Source: Balanoglossus misakiensis
Taxonomy: Eukaryota > Animalia > Hemichordata
Assembly: GCA_040954595.2 (NCBI GenBank)
Contig: CM082588.2
Coordinates: 10,834,844 to 10,898,843, forward strand
DNA length: 64,000 nucleotides
Reading direction: 5' to 3'
Each line of letters starts with the position of its first letter. Within the stretch, counting starts at the first letter, position 1. The translations under genes and the position numbers were made by a program. The notes beneath the pieces were generated by a model. That model did not search any database, had not been told where the DNA came from, and saw nothing but the letters and a program-made list of their open reading frames with translations. Shown here one piece after another: positions 1 to 13,339 of this stretch.

Positions 1-61
1 AAAATACTGACTCTCTGCAATTATATTTTTTAGCATTTTTGTTCAATTGCACTTTCAAGTA

Positions 62-231
62 CAGTCAAACCTGTCTAACACCAAAGGGACTGAAGAAATT
101 GTTCAGATTGCAGGTGTACAATTTAAAGAGGTTCTTTCAACATGTGGTTCTATGTCAAAAGGTTTGAACAATGTCTTTGAAATAGACAGGTTTCCAGATT
201 AGACAGGGTTCGGTTGAGACAGGTTTTACTG
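62..231. mobile_element. Tc1/mariner-type MITE
   Basis: TA|CAGTCAAACCTGTC ... GACAGGTTTTACTG|TA: imperfect TIRs with a TA target duplication and internal AGACAGG repeats. Confidence 0.75.
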
Positions 232-1354
232 TATTTTGATACATGCTCTGGCTTAACCCTTTCACCACTATGGTTCAGTCTAAACCTTTTATTTTCTATG
301 GTAAGGTTGGATCTTTAAAGAGGAAACTGTTTTTTTCTGAGAATCTATTTATTTCCTCTGTCACAAAAATTGCATGGGAGTTCTAATTCTAAAAGGAAAA
401 CTGATTTGATAAAAGATCTCAAAGTCAAGTTTTGGATGTGGCTCCATTTCAAGTATTGTAGGTGACTAGTTTTTCCGGAGTTCAAGTCTGTATACTTGCA
501 GTAGAGTTTGTCACATGGACTTGGGTAATCTGAGTGAGGTCAGAAATTGAACTTACACACATTTAGTTGAGTTAAGAACATGTCTGGTGTATTACTGTAA
601 TATGACTAGATACTGCAAATGCCTTAACTATAAGTGTATGTTAAAATACAGTTTCCATGGACAAATGTGAGTGATGAAATTAAATACACATGTTCATTAA
701 AATCCACCATGATAGAGCGCCCCCACTGTTCAGAATGTCCATTTTGAAGTCCTACATCTATGACGTCATGCCTAGCTGTCAATGTTAACTGATGTGCACT
801 TGTACTACTAGTAAATGGAAGTACTTTAAAGTAAAGCTCAGATGCAAGGTTTTGTAAAATAAATATAATATTAAAACGTTGCCATCATTTTAGTCCTTTG
901 GAACAGCTGTCCTATTGACTAATGTGATCACTCTGTGTACGGCATATGGCATATTAAGCATATTAAGCATTTAGTATTTTTCAATCAGAAACCGTTAATC
1001 CTGTGATTAATTCTTCTTCTTGCAACATTGATTTTAAATCACCACACATGAATATTTTTGTCCAAAGGACTGCGATGCCCAAGTTTTTTTATGATAAGAT
1101 AAACAAACAGTGAAATTCAGTGAAGAAGTGAGCGAGCACTTGCCCATTCATTGTTCAATGAAAGGTGACCGCCAAAACAAAAGTATTGAGAAAATAACCC
1201 GAAGTTGGAGTTGCTGAGTTTTAAATTGATTTCAATAATCTCCCAAGTGAAAAGCTTGGCTTGGCTGAAGCTCCTGTAGTCATGTTACATGTAGGTAGAT
1301 TGACACAGATGACAATGTTTGAATGTTTACACTTTTCTTTGTTTGATCTTTCAG

Positions 1355-1606
1355 AGGAATATTCAAGCACTGCAGAAGAATCTAGAGATGGCACAGAAAA
1401 AAGAACTTGAATTGAAACAACAGCAAGATCAACATGCCAGACAAAGTCAACTCATAGCTCTAAGACAACAACATCAACAACAACAGCAATTACAAAGGTT
1501 ACAACAAGAGAGAGCCCAACAATAACAACAACAACAACAACAAGCAGTGCAAGCACAGCCATCCAATATACAATCAACAAATCAACAACTAAAACACCTC
1601 TTACAA
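1355..1606 (+). pseudogene. Gln-rich coding-like exon with an internal TAA
   Basis: Polypyrimidine-CAG acceptor ending at 1354 and GTAAGT donor at 1607; 252 nt, phase 0. Translation RNIQALQKNLEMAQKKELELKQQQ...RAQQ*QQQQQQAVQAQPSNIQSTNQQLKHLLQ, with TAA at 1523-1525 inside a CAA run. Product not recognised. Confidence 0.65.
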
Positions 1607-1684
1607 GTAAGTTGTCATAATAATGTGTACAGTGAATATTTTGAAAACCAAGACTGGTACCAGTGGCACTTCTGGGAATTGTTA

Positions 1685-1909
1685 TGTGGGGAAAAATGAA
1701 ATCAGTTTTCTCAAAAAGGAGCTTTCTTGATGGTACAAATAACATGGTCTGTGCCATTCCCAAAATGATTTTAATGTATTGAAGACCTGACAGTCACACA
1801 GAATAAATTCAATGAACTATTTGCCCAACATGACAACTTTTCCCCACACAGATTTAGACGTGGTGGGTATGGCTGATTTGCCTCAAATCGGCCATACGCA
1901 CCACATCTA
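1685..1909. mobile_element. Small non-autonomous element with a short IR pair plus terminal hairpin (Crypton-like?)
   Basis: TGTGGGGAAAA (1685) and TTTTCCCCACA (1838) form an inverted pair, followed by a 26-bp-stem hairpin at 1855-1909 with 3 mismatches. Confidence 0.45.
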
Positions 1910-3171
1910 TTAATATTCATGATTTTACTTTTCATGTTTATGTACACTCTTATAACAATAGGAAATCTAGAGAATGGCTATTTCATCAAGTTGACAACCC
2001 CCGCATGTGTAAGTCATGTACATAAACAAAAATAGTCTGGTGTGTGGAGCCTCCTCCCTTTTTACAGGAAGTACTTTCGAAAAATGTTTATGCAATCAGT
2101 TCACACTCATGATCAATTTTGTGTCAGAATTATTGTCCAAGTCAGCATGCCATAGATATATTGATGAAATAAACATTGGGACCAATAGGATTAAGGGAGG
2201 TGTGACTGGTCCAACCTGTTCAGTTTTAGTGTGGGGGGAAAAGCTGGAAGGAAAGCAGACCTAAATTACTGACAAAGAAATACAACAAATCTTGTCTCAT
2301 TCTTATTTTCAATTCCTCTAGTTTTTCCATGGTACCAGTGTGGAAGCACTGATGATAACCTCTGACAGACAGTTTTAAATGACGACAATCATCTTACTCT
2401 TATGCACATATGCGTTAATTTTGTGTGTACAAAATAACGTCCAATCCAAATATTCTGCACAATTTTATGTGCGTGCATTCATATAGTGGACTGCCTTCGC
2501 TTCCTTCTATATTTCTTGCATGCCAGATAAGAAGAATTTAGTTTTGTCTCTTCTTTTCACTCAATTTGCTGTCTTTTCCTAATCTATGACACAGACTATG
2601 GTTGCCGCCACCTTGTCTGTTGTTAAGACAGCACTTGTGGCATAGATAACAATTTTGTAACTAGAGTCTCTGCTTTGGCAAATGTGTGTTAGATGAACAT
2701 TACACTTTAACAAAAGTCTGCTTAGAATTTAAATCATATTCTCTTCAAAATGTCTGCATCTGAGAACATGGTGAATTAAAGCTGAAAGCAGTGTTCACTG
2801 GGCCCAAGCAATTCCCAGGGTTCCTACAGAATGCTAAGGATTATCTGCTGTGGATACCCAAAATTTTGTCAAAAAGTTTTGATCCTAAACTGATCTATGT
2901 CCTACAAAATCTAAACTTCTAGATCTATTGGTTAGCCTAGAATTAGGAGTGTACATAATTAATTAGGTCAACAGGGGTCTTGAAACTAACCATCAATTTT
3001 AGACACAGCCTAAATCAATTTCCCATTGTACAGTAACTAACTATATGCCGCCCTAAATTTCAGTCTGATTGACAAATGTAAAGAAAATTAAAAAGAAGTG
3101 TCTCCTGATACATTGCCATTTGCTGTGAAGTGACTTTAAAAGAAAACTGTTTTGTTTGTATTTAACTGCAG

Positions 3172-3420
3172 CAGCAGCAACAAGCCAGCGGAACAAAAGC
3201 AACCATTCCACCACCACAACAACAAACATGGCAACAACAACAACAACAGCAACAGTTATCACAACAACAACAACAACAGCTGTAACTAGGACAACAGCCA
3301 CGGCCGCGACCACAGGTACCTCAGATGGACTTGGCACCCAGCATGCAACAAACACTGCAACAATCATGTAGTAATCTGCTGGCTGTTGACATGAGTCTTT
3401 TTGATATTCCGAATCAATAA
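3172..3420 (+). pseudogene. Gln/Pro-rich probable terminal exon with an internal TAA
   Basis: Acceptor ttaactgcag (tandem CAG), phase 0 and compatible with the previous exon. QQQQASGTKATIPPPQQQTWQQQ...QL*LGQQPRPRPQVPQMDLAPSMQQTLQQSCSNLLAVDMSLFDIPNQ*. Internal TAA at 3283-3285; final TAA at 3418-3420 overlaps AATAAA. Confidence 0.6.
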
Positions 3421-3907
3421 ATTCTTACAGGAAACTGACTATAATGAACAGGAGACTGTTCATGCCTTCATTACCGTTGTAACTTCTATATACTAAATGA
3501 AACCCAGATGCCCAAAGAAATGTCAGAAAATTCTCAAGGTTTTTTCCAGACAGTCAAGTATTGGGGATTTGGAATATTTATCACTCTCATTTACTGTATA
3601 CAGACATATCCATTCCAAAGCTATCACCTCCACTCATTCTTCAGTGTTCCTTGATTTAAAAAAAAAAATTTAAACAGATCAAATAACACGAAATTGTTAT
3701 TCCAGTGTAGTAACATAATATACTCGGTCTGTACTAATTCTTGCATTAGCTTTACATTGTTTCCATCATAATGCCTTATTTCAATATAACCATATTTGTA
3801 TGCTGGGAGGATGTAACTAGTTGTCAGTGTCTATTGTAATACAAAGTATGCCATACACAAAGCAACTGTGCATTGTCTTCTGGTGTGAAAAAATGATACT
3901 TAGGATG

Positions 3908-4116
3908 TATGTAAAATGGGAAATTTTCATGAGAGATAAATTCGCCCGAATCATGCAAGTGCTAAAAAAACACGAAACTAAAAAGTCGCGTAAACATGTT
4001 TTTCAGAAATAATGATGAATTGAAATTCGAGAATGCGAAAATTAATCGTTGCATAACAGTTGCCACATTTGATATTATGAAAATTTCCCGTTGCGAAAAT
4101 TTCATGTTTTACAGTA
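3908..4116. mobile_element. Degenerate Tc1/mariner-type MITE
   Basis: TATGTAAAATGGGAAATTTTC ... GAAAATTTCATGTTTTACAGTA; the right end has the canonical ...ACAG|TA. Confidence 0.55.
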
Positions 4117-4159
4117 TATAGCCATATTTTTTCCACTTCCAAAACTAACATCAAGAGTG

Positions 4160-4448
4160 ATGCATGCCACTGGCCCAATAAAGCCTGATAGCTCTTGCTG
4201 GGAATTGTGATGTAACTACCATCCCCCTTAAAGTCACTGACATAAACTGAACAATGGCGATTGTGTGTAAGGTTATAGTAAAGGCAAGGCTAATTTAAAT
4301 TTAAAATGGTACCAATCCTTAATCACACATATGTATCCTTTGACCAATCATTGGAAAAACAAAGTCCGTGATTGACTTCAAAGTAATGCTAATTACATCA
4401 CGATTCCCTGCAAGGGGTATCATGCTTTATTGGGCCAGTGGCATGCAT
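4160..4448. mobile_element. MITE with ~60-bp TIRs
   Basis: ATGCATGCCACTGGCCCAATAAAGC...GTGATGTAA and TTACATCAC...GCTTTATTGGGCCAGTGGCATGCAT are reverse complements. Confidence 0.75.
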
Positions 4449-6479
4449 AGTTTTTTGAAAGCAAAGCAGATAAAATACAGCTATATACTAGACTAATACC
4501 TTATTAACTCCTGATCATTGGAGAATGTATCTCTAAAGTTACTCTCTATCGCTCCCTCAGGGAAGAGAGCAATAGACAGCTCTTTCAGTGTCAGAACTTC
4601 CAGTTGTATACCAATCATTTGTATTACCCAATCACAGACTTTGTGTTATTGGTCATTTATCTATCCAATTGAAACTCACATGTTCATTGGAGCATTACAC
4701 CAAAGAAGTCACACTATAACAGTGACAATACAACACTTGCAAAAACATGGATTGCTCAGGTCAGCATATCTGGTTCCAGATTATGTGACCCAACTAATGC
4801 AGCTATAATGAATGTGTTTGGTTATATACAGAGAATTGTAGGTTGTATGAGACATGTTAATATTACACTCTAGCATGGGGCAATGTATATTTATCATGTG
4901 AAAGCCACGAAGTCACTAGCTCTTGATGTTCATTTTCTATTTTTGTTGTTGAATAATTTGTTATGAAATTGGATTGAAGCTGAACTCACAGCATATGTGT
5001 GGACATAACACGTTTATACGTCCATGTAATAATTTTTGTTAAAGCCAAACAATTAAATATCACCATTATAACAAAATTAACAACAATCTAACCCCGGGGC
5101 TGTCACTAATTTGAATGGATACCGATCCAGAGTTAATGTTTCATTGGGAAGTCTAACAGTGTTTTGAAATGTCACATTGTAATTTGAAAGTTTGGGCTTG
5201 GGCAGTGACAATGACATTGTTTGTGTACACAATTTGAAATGGAGCTCTTTGAAAAGAGAAAAGTGGTGTGTGGAAAAGAATGAAGTCTTTGGGCTTATAT
5301 CAGGTGCCTTCATTTGACTCTCAAGGAGAGTTTTGTAAAACAATTAACTTGTTGTGTGTCAGCATTATTGGGAAAGATTAAGCACACACATGTATACAGG
5401 TTAGATAAAAATGGAAAATTACCATCAGCCTTTTTTCTTAGCACTCTCACCATTCACCCCCAGTTCCCTGTGTAGACATCCAACTTTTCCAACAGAAACA
5501 ATGGATTTGGACCGAACCATTAGTTCATTTGAATACCGGTATGTATGTAATATCTGTATTTATAACATACCTCATGCTAACACTGTGTCATGATTCGCCA
5601 GAATCCGTCAGGTGATAAGAAAATAGAATCGACTATGAATCCCTTGGGGAAATAGCAGAAAATATATAAACTGGTCACGTGACCAAAGGGATATAAAAGA
5701 ATCCCATGCATATACATAGTCAGTTCACCTCTGTAGCCAGACTGGCCATACATATGAACTGATGATGTCCCTGTTTTAGGCATATGGCTTGTGAAACTGT
5801 TAAACCATTTTGTTGTGTTTTGTGTTTGGTGATCGGCAAAATCCGTGACAAGCATGGTAGAATCAAACTATTAGATGCATGTTAAGAAATATAGTCAATT
5901 ATTAGGAAGTGACCATAGTTGCCAAACGATTAAAATCACATTTTTAATAACAATATTCACATGTCATTGTTTCTACATTTCTAGAATTTCAGCCATTCAT
6001 TTTATGTTTGTGTGAAGAATGACACCTTGAGGCTGTAGAATCATGTATAGTGCTGAAGGGAAGGGGGGACACGATTCCTCAATTTCTTTCATTTTGCATA
6101 AGATGCTAAGTTGGTTTAATTTTTTTCCGGATATTGCTTATATTGTACTGAAAGTTTGGTATGTTATGCAGTTTTTATGAAGAGCTTTTGACAAACATTT
6201 CAGTGTACTTTCAAGACTGCTAGAGTATGTACATAGTGTATGCAGCGTTAGGAAGAAATATCTTTGATATTTTTATTCTAACAATTTTCCTATCAGGATA
6301 AACAAGTAGACAGAGATATCATGTTAGGATTTTTGCATACATAAAATAAATATTCTGATAAAATGAGTGCTTTTGTCTGTCTCTTTGATTTCAGGTGAGG
6401 ATCAGCCGCTCCAACAAATGGTCTGCTTACTTCCCTTTTTCATCTGATTAAAATCAAATGTAGTGTTAGGCGCTGGTGA

Positions 6480-8145
6480 TGATTTTGGCTATTCTGTTCT
6501 CAGTTGTTAGCTGGGAACTACTGGTCAGATTGCTTTGAAAAGTGGTATGCATGTTTCTTATGCCAAGATCATAGAGCTATATAAGTTCTAAGCTAACATC
6601 GTGAATTGTCTACTTTTTATGAATGTTTTGTCTTTTAACACAATGGTAAAATATTTTCTATGAAAGTAATTGGCTGATTTCTTTAACATTTAGTATAAAT
6701 CTTCCTATAGGTGTAATTGTTGCAAAGTTTGCACATTTGTAATTATGAGCCAAATTTTGCAATTTTTGGTCAAAAATCGTTTTCTCTGAAACCTCGTGCT
6801 TGTCAGATTGCTTTGGGAATTGGTAGGCATGTTCTCAGGGTTAAGCAATTGTAAGTTGTTTGAAAATTTTGTTGAAATTTGCTTATTTGTGTTCTTGAGG
6901 TAACTTGTGATTTTCTTGTTGAAACCACTTGTCAGATTGCTTTGAACTTTGGTAAGCATGTTCTCATCGAAGTAAGATATTGTATAATTTTGGTGATGTT
7001 TGCATTTTTGTGTTTGGCAGTTTTGGGACAGTTTTTTTAAATTAGATCATATCTATTTGTTTGGTATTAGGTCATTAACAAAAAATTAAGTCATAGAGTT
7101 GGTCACACATATTACTTATAGCACAAGTTTGAAAAAAATGACCAGTTTGTGTCGCGTTATCTGCTTTCATTGAGGAGTAACAGCGCCCGCAAGTCAAGTG
7201 TTTATGTCACATTTGTATTGGTATATTCCAGTGGGACCTTATGAGATCGGTACGTTGCATCTGTATGGATGTATGGGAGTATGTCCATCCACATCAAAAA
7301 CTTGAAGACTGCTACGCGTACAACCTCGATATTTGGTGTGTAGATGCATACCGGGTTGTAGATGGGAGTTTGTTCAAACGAAGTTGACATTGCCAAAAAT
7401 ATGCAAATTTTCTGGGAAAAACCTTAATTTGGTCAAAACTCAGAAACTCAGCAACCCCTGGTCATAATGATTCTGTATGTTTTGAGGTAATACTTTGAAT
7501 TTTCTATTTTTCGCATTTGTTTGTCTTTTTCTACATTTTTGTAAAAAAACTACCTTTCTGGAATTAATCAGCCCACCTCTTTGAAATTTAGTATGGAGCT
7601 TCATATAGGTGATCTGAGTTACTAAAGTTTTGTTTAAATTGCTGCAAAATTTGCGAGCAATTTTTACCTTTTTGATCATTTTTTAAATGTAAAACAGCTC
7701 ATAGATTGCTTTGGAAATTTGCATGTATGTTTGTCAAATCAACTAGAAGAATTTAATATTATATTTTTGGGGTGATTTTTGCCATTTTTGGTCAAAACTC
7801 TTTCTCAGAACCCTCTACTCCATTGCTTTCAAATTTGATTTAAAGGTTCCTGGGTGCGTTGTCATGATAATTTACAAAACCAATGATGAAAGTGTCAATG
7901 CTTTTTGTTGGCAATATCTTGTATTTTGGGGGCATATTTTCCAATTTTGAAAAATAATAGTTCCCAGTGTATTACTCTAAAATTGAGTTAATAGTATTGG
8001 AATTATAATGGAATCAAATTATAGGTAATTCGGAACTTTTATATTTTGTAGGGTATTTTGTTATATACAAAAACAAAATTCATCTCCGCGACCAGCTGTT
8101 CTTTTTGGTGCATGGACAGTGTTGGCCTGTCGATTTATCTATATT
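6480..8145 (+). repeat. Degenerate HINE/DINE-like core repeats (fragmented; a similar stretch lies at 10140-10600)
   Basis: The motif CTTGTCAGATTGCTTTGAAATTTGG recurs with variants. It resembles the core repeats of Helentron-associated elements such as the one at 26.4-28.3 kb. Confidence 0.4.
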
Positions 8146-8269
8146 TAGAAAATTTGATCAAATTCAAACTTGAATTGCATTGAATCAATTTTAATTCCCG
8201 CCAAGAACACTTTATTGACTACAAACGTTTGTTTTGTTGGATGGGTAAAATTTAAGACCTCTCGACCAA

Positions 8270-9830
8270 CGCAGAGTGAAGTTTAATACTTTTGAAGTTG
8301 TCAAAATCGACTAAACAGAGCGAGAAAAACGGCAATTTGCGCTGTCGGCACATTTCTTCTCCTGCCTCGAATTATCGACACCAGGACCCCCCCCCCCCAA
8401 AAAAAAAATATCAATTATGGATCATCAAATAACTAGACTGCATCGTCCATGAAATCAAACTCGACGACAAAAAAACTTCGCCGATTCCGAGGTAAACGCA
8501 TCCCGACAGGATAAGAACTCCGCTATTTGATGTCATCTGATTTCTCTGTAAACATTGGTTGGTCGTTACTTCGGGAATGGCACTTAATCTTCTCGGTTCG
8601 GCCTTTAATTTCCATGACCCCGGTTGTTTCGGCCAAGACGCAAACTGGTTCTTCACTTTGTAGTTCAGTAAAGTTGGCGAATGGGATAGTCTGTTAATGG
8701 TGAATGCAGGCCTGAACGCAGTGCTAGCGAACGGGACAAATTGACATAATAAAAGCGAGCGTGTTGTCAGATTAGTGGGACTGTCATATCATGAACACAA
8801 TACGGGAGGCGTGATAAGGGCATTATAAAGAGCGAGCGTGAAACAGACATGGAAACGATCGACAGTACGGTACAGTGGCTGTGGGTAGAGCGAGCATGTT
8901 GCTGTGCCGAACACATTCACCATGTTTGTTAAATACAACACACACCGACTTGACCTGCGGCCGCAGCTGCAGCTTCCTAACGCGCCCTAATCCAAGCAGT
9001 TTACGATCTCGTGGATCGTGGTTGGACCAACAAAATGACCCAGAAAGAGAACCACATTAGGAAGTATTATAGGTCTGTTTCCTCAAAGTCGAATAGGTGC
9101 AAAACTTAACGCACATCAAAATGTTGCCCAGACAACGGAAGTTAGCAGTTTGCTTGCTCGGTTTGAAATGCGCGGCTGTGGTAGAAAATTACCCCCTGTT
9201 CTTTGGGACGTGAGCCACCCCCCTGAGACAATGGTGCACTCACACTCGAGAACATAGGTTTGCTATTTGCATATACAAATGGAATATTCCTTCGAATGCG
9301 AGCATGTTCCAGTGCGTTCTAAAATAATAAAATATGCAGCTATAGCATGTATGCATATTCATTAGTGTGTCGTAATGCTAACTATGGTCTGTGATTGGGT
9401 AACAAGTCCCACTCTCCATAACAACAGGTGATCATTGACCCGTTTCCGGTGTGCGACGCCGGGTTTCGACCACTTTCCTTCTTACTGCCGCGGGATCAAG
9501 ACGTCTTTTCGGTAGGCTCATAATCCAGTCATTGCTTTTAGTACCATAGCCTATGTAGCTACGTTACCGTCGCTCGATTGTTTAGTCTGGTATTAGGTGA
9601 TTTGCAGCTATCCGTTCAACACCTTGTAGTTGAACAGAAGTAGGTCTTATTCCAGAAAAAAATCCGAGCTACGGGCGTGCAGCTAGCCATGCCTCTCGGC
9701 CATTCTGTGTATGGCTTCGCTGCTGACCCTGAGGTCATAATCGAGAAAGTCTAGACATATTTATAGGGTTATACTCTGTGAGAATTTTATTGCTAGGCCT
9801 CTTGCCTAAGCGCACGTAGAGCCAGTGTTT
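8270..9830 (+). promoter_or_regulatory. CpG-rich promoter-like segment with a candidate 5'TOP first exon
   Basis: CpG density is visibly higher than in the flanks. It contains ETS-like CGGAAGT (~9137) and TTCCGG (~9444), ATTGG (~9395), the pyrimidine tract CTTTCCTTCTT (9473-9483) and a donor-like G|GTAGGC at 9512. Confidence 0.35.
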
Positions 9831-12800
9831 GCATTTTTTTTTAATTTTACGGTTTAAACGTGGTTGGTGTATTTTCGCTTTTCTGTTTGTTTTTTCGTAA
9901 CATTTTACTGTTTACATGTTGTTGGCGTATTTTCGCTTTTCTGGTGTGATTTCCACCTCACTGTTGGCATACTTAAACAATTATCCTAATTTTTATTGGG
10001 CAAACCGATAAAACCAAAACCACCACAAGTAAAGAAAATTGTAATCTGTTTGGTGATAACCCTTTTAGCTTTGAGAGATAACCGATTTGATGTTTTAGTA
10101 AAACCAAATTTTTGACCAGGGTGACAAGCATTTTTTTCTCTGAGAGTCGTGTTGCTTTGAAGCATACATTTGGATATATGGTCCCATTTGATGAAAACCT
10201 GGTTGATGAAAAATGTGCATATTTATAATTTTGTAGAATTTTTTGTCTTTTTTGGTCAAAAATTGTTTTATCTAAAACTGCTTGTCAGATTGCTTTCAAA
10301 TTTTGCAGGGTTGTTCCTTGGGAATAATTAAGTGAGATGTTTTAGAAAAATACTTGAAATATGCATATTTGCGTTTTGTGTGTGATAGTTTTGGAATTTT
10401 TCATTAAAAATTATTTTCTTTCAAACTGATTGTCAGATTGCCTTGAGCTTTGGTAGGCATGTTCCCTGAAGCGATTGACGTAAGATATTGTACAATTTTG
10501 GTGAAAATACTGATTTTTCTGAAACTGCATATGGGATTGCTTTGAAATTTGATAGTATTATTGCAATGGGTAACCCAAGTTTTGTCTGATTGTGTTGATT
10601 TCCCTATACTGAGACTCGCCAAGTACACTATATGTTTATATCACTAGAGAGTTCAGAATCCAATATGGCCGCCATACGAACTGGGACATACTGTGTAATC
10701 TGATTATTTTCTAAACTTGTCATATTTTAATTTCTCGATCTCACAAATAAAAATGAAATGCCAAAAACTTAGTAACTTTCGTTTCTTCCCGCTTGGTGTC
10801 CATTAAAGTCTTTTTCCTCCCACTGGGAAAGTGGCTAGAGTCAATATGTGCATAATGGCAGCATTATATGGCACTGAATAAATGGCAGGGGTGTTTACAT
10901 CTCCTAATTTGTTTTCACTTAAACCATGATAAATATCTAACATTATATGATCATATTGTGTATGCAACTCGGAGATGCGTTTCACTTCAGGGTTGGAAGT
11001 TTGTTTAGTCAAGTCTGGGAAGTGACATGTCTTCAAAGTGACTGATGTTATCTGCTTAGAGCTGAATGCCCATGGGTGTTCTTTCCTAGAAATACATTTT
11101 CTTTGCATTTCATAGACCTGTGTATAATTATAATTTCAGTTATATATTCTAATTTGTGTTTAGGTAGAGTATGCATGGAATTAAAATAATTATTCTGTAA
11201 TTACCCAACAAAAATGTTTGTCTTACAATTGTCTAGCAAGTGGGTATTTTGATTGTTAATTTGCACAGGCAACATTATGGAAGTAGCATAAAGAGTATTC
11301 GATAATATAGCAGACCTTCTAGCCAGAAAGAAGAGCTTAGAAGATTTATCAGCTCATAATATTCCTTTAACCAATGAACTTTATATGAACTTGCACACCT
11401 GCCTTCAAGATACAGGGATTAATGTTCAGGAAACCTTACCAGCTCTAGTACATTTATTTCAGCCAGAAATTGAATTACCAGAAAAAAAAATCAGTAATGT
11501 TACAAAGAAACAGTAAGAAAATAAATGGAGAAAGCCAGCAAGGAAGGCAGAAAAGTGGAATACATGAAATACACAGTTTGCTTAAACTACATGTGTATGC
11601 AGTAAAAACTGTATGGTGCAAGGACGTTCAGTTTTATGATTTATAGCCAGCCAGTCTTTCCATGCATATCATACCAAAATTAATATGAAAATCGTGTAAA
11701 TGTTAATAGACTACAAGGATAGTACAAATACATGTAGACATTACACTATCCAACTTTCTCCACTTTTGATATCTGCCCAACACAGGCAAGCAAAAGGGCC
11801 GATCTGAGAGTTTGACTTGAATGATGGCAATTTTTGCTGTCCAGAAGTAACTGTATAAAATATTTTTGGTAGTAGTATTATTGCTCAAAATACACAAGAA
11901 TTTAAATATTTCCACTCACTACAGTGATTGAACTGATTTTCAGCAAATTGCAGTGTATAAACAGATATTGCCATCTAATGAAATATCAATCCAATATGGC
12001 CGCCCATTTGCAATGGTAAAATGCTAGGTTTTTCCTTTTTTGAGCGCCTGGGAATTTAAATTGTAATCCAGATATCAAAAACTGAAGTCACTATCTGTAT
12101 CTGCACATATATTGTAATATATTCTGAAAATTTCGTTACAATTAGATCAACTATGATTGAGACACGGAACATCAAACATTGCAAAATTTCATATTTCCCA
12201 TGGTGCCATGCAAAAAATAGAGAGATTTTCTTTACAAGTTTAGATGATCTCCTGTAAAACTGAAAGAAGTATTCTTCTGTGAATCGTGCATAATTTTTTG
12301 AAAAATGTTGAAGATACTTGAGAATATCAGTATTTTTTGATGCTTTTGTACCTTGAAAACTGGTGAACCGATTTTGATAATTTTCTTTATTATAACCTAC
12401 AAAGACCTATAAAATTTTTTATCAGTAAAATAAACAGCCTTATATAATTTTACCGGTCCAGCTGTTACAGAGACCACCGGCTATTTTATTATAAACTGGT
12501 GGTAGGTCAGTGAATGCCTCTGTCTGATTGGACTAATTAGCTTGTCATACTCGCATGTATTTTACAGACAGTTTTTGGACAAAAATCTGTTTTTTTTAGT
12601 GCTGCTTGTAAGATTGCAGTGACACATAACACTTGATTGAGCATGGTGAATTTTTTTATGTTTCCATAGTATTTGAATATTTTTGCCATATATGCTTGCC
12701 AATGTCGCCCGCGATTTAATTCTGGTGAATACCTAAAATCTGTGTAATCCCCAAATGGCACAACAGTTTCCTATACGCTATGTTTTAAGAAGTTAATTAT

Positions 12801-13339
12801 ACATAGACATAGTGACCTCTGGCTTACCATTTCTAGCCATCCACAACAGATACAGAGTTTGCTTTCTGTTGGAATCATGCTAACTGCTTTGGCCCCTGTA
12901 ATGTTGCATGTTCCTTTAATTGTCTTCTTCATGTTGGCCATATTGGATTTTCTGATAACCTCTTAAAGTTGACATTTTTTCAAAACTACATGGCCAATCA
13001 AGTTCTAATTTACTGTCCCTTCCAATTTTTTTCAATAATATTGTTAGTGGTCATGCGACTTTGGATTCATTATGGATTGTTGAAAAATCTCATTTAACAT
13101 TTCCAAAATCTTTTTCTAATCAAGTTTTCAAGTGTATTGTGATTAGTTAAACCTTATTGGAGCCAAATTGGACTTTCTGAACTCTAATTAAAGACAAAGA
13201 TTTCCTATTTCTAGCCTACTCATTTAAAGCACACATTCATTTTATTGATACGAGTCACCATATGTATAGAATACGTTACATTTTTTGGCAAATTTCACAT
13301 GTCCTTTGATTCAGATTTGTTAGAACTGAATTGTACTTG

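Noticed and set aside
826-2770. Possible TIR pair (CTCAGATGCA / TGCATCTGAG) capturing the first Gln-rich exon
   Set aside because: Only ~10 bp of complementarity and no matching termini or TSD, so it is compatible with chance.
1452-3371. Val-rich and Thr-rich ORFs (1452-1763 minus, 3053-3367 minus, 3156-3371 plus)
   Set aside because: They are alternative frames or the antisense of the CAA repeats; the splice phase supports the Gln frame.
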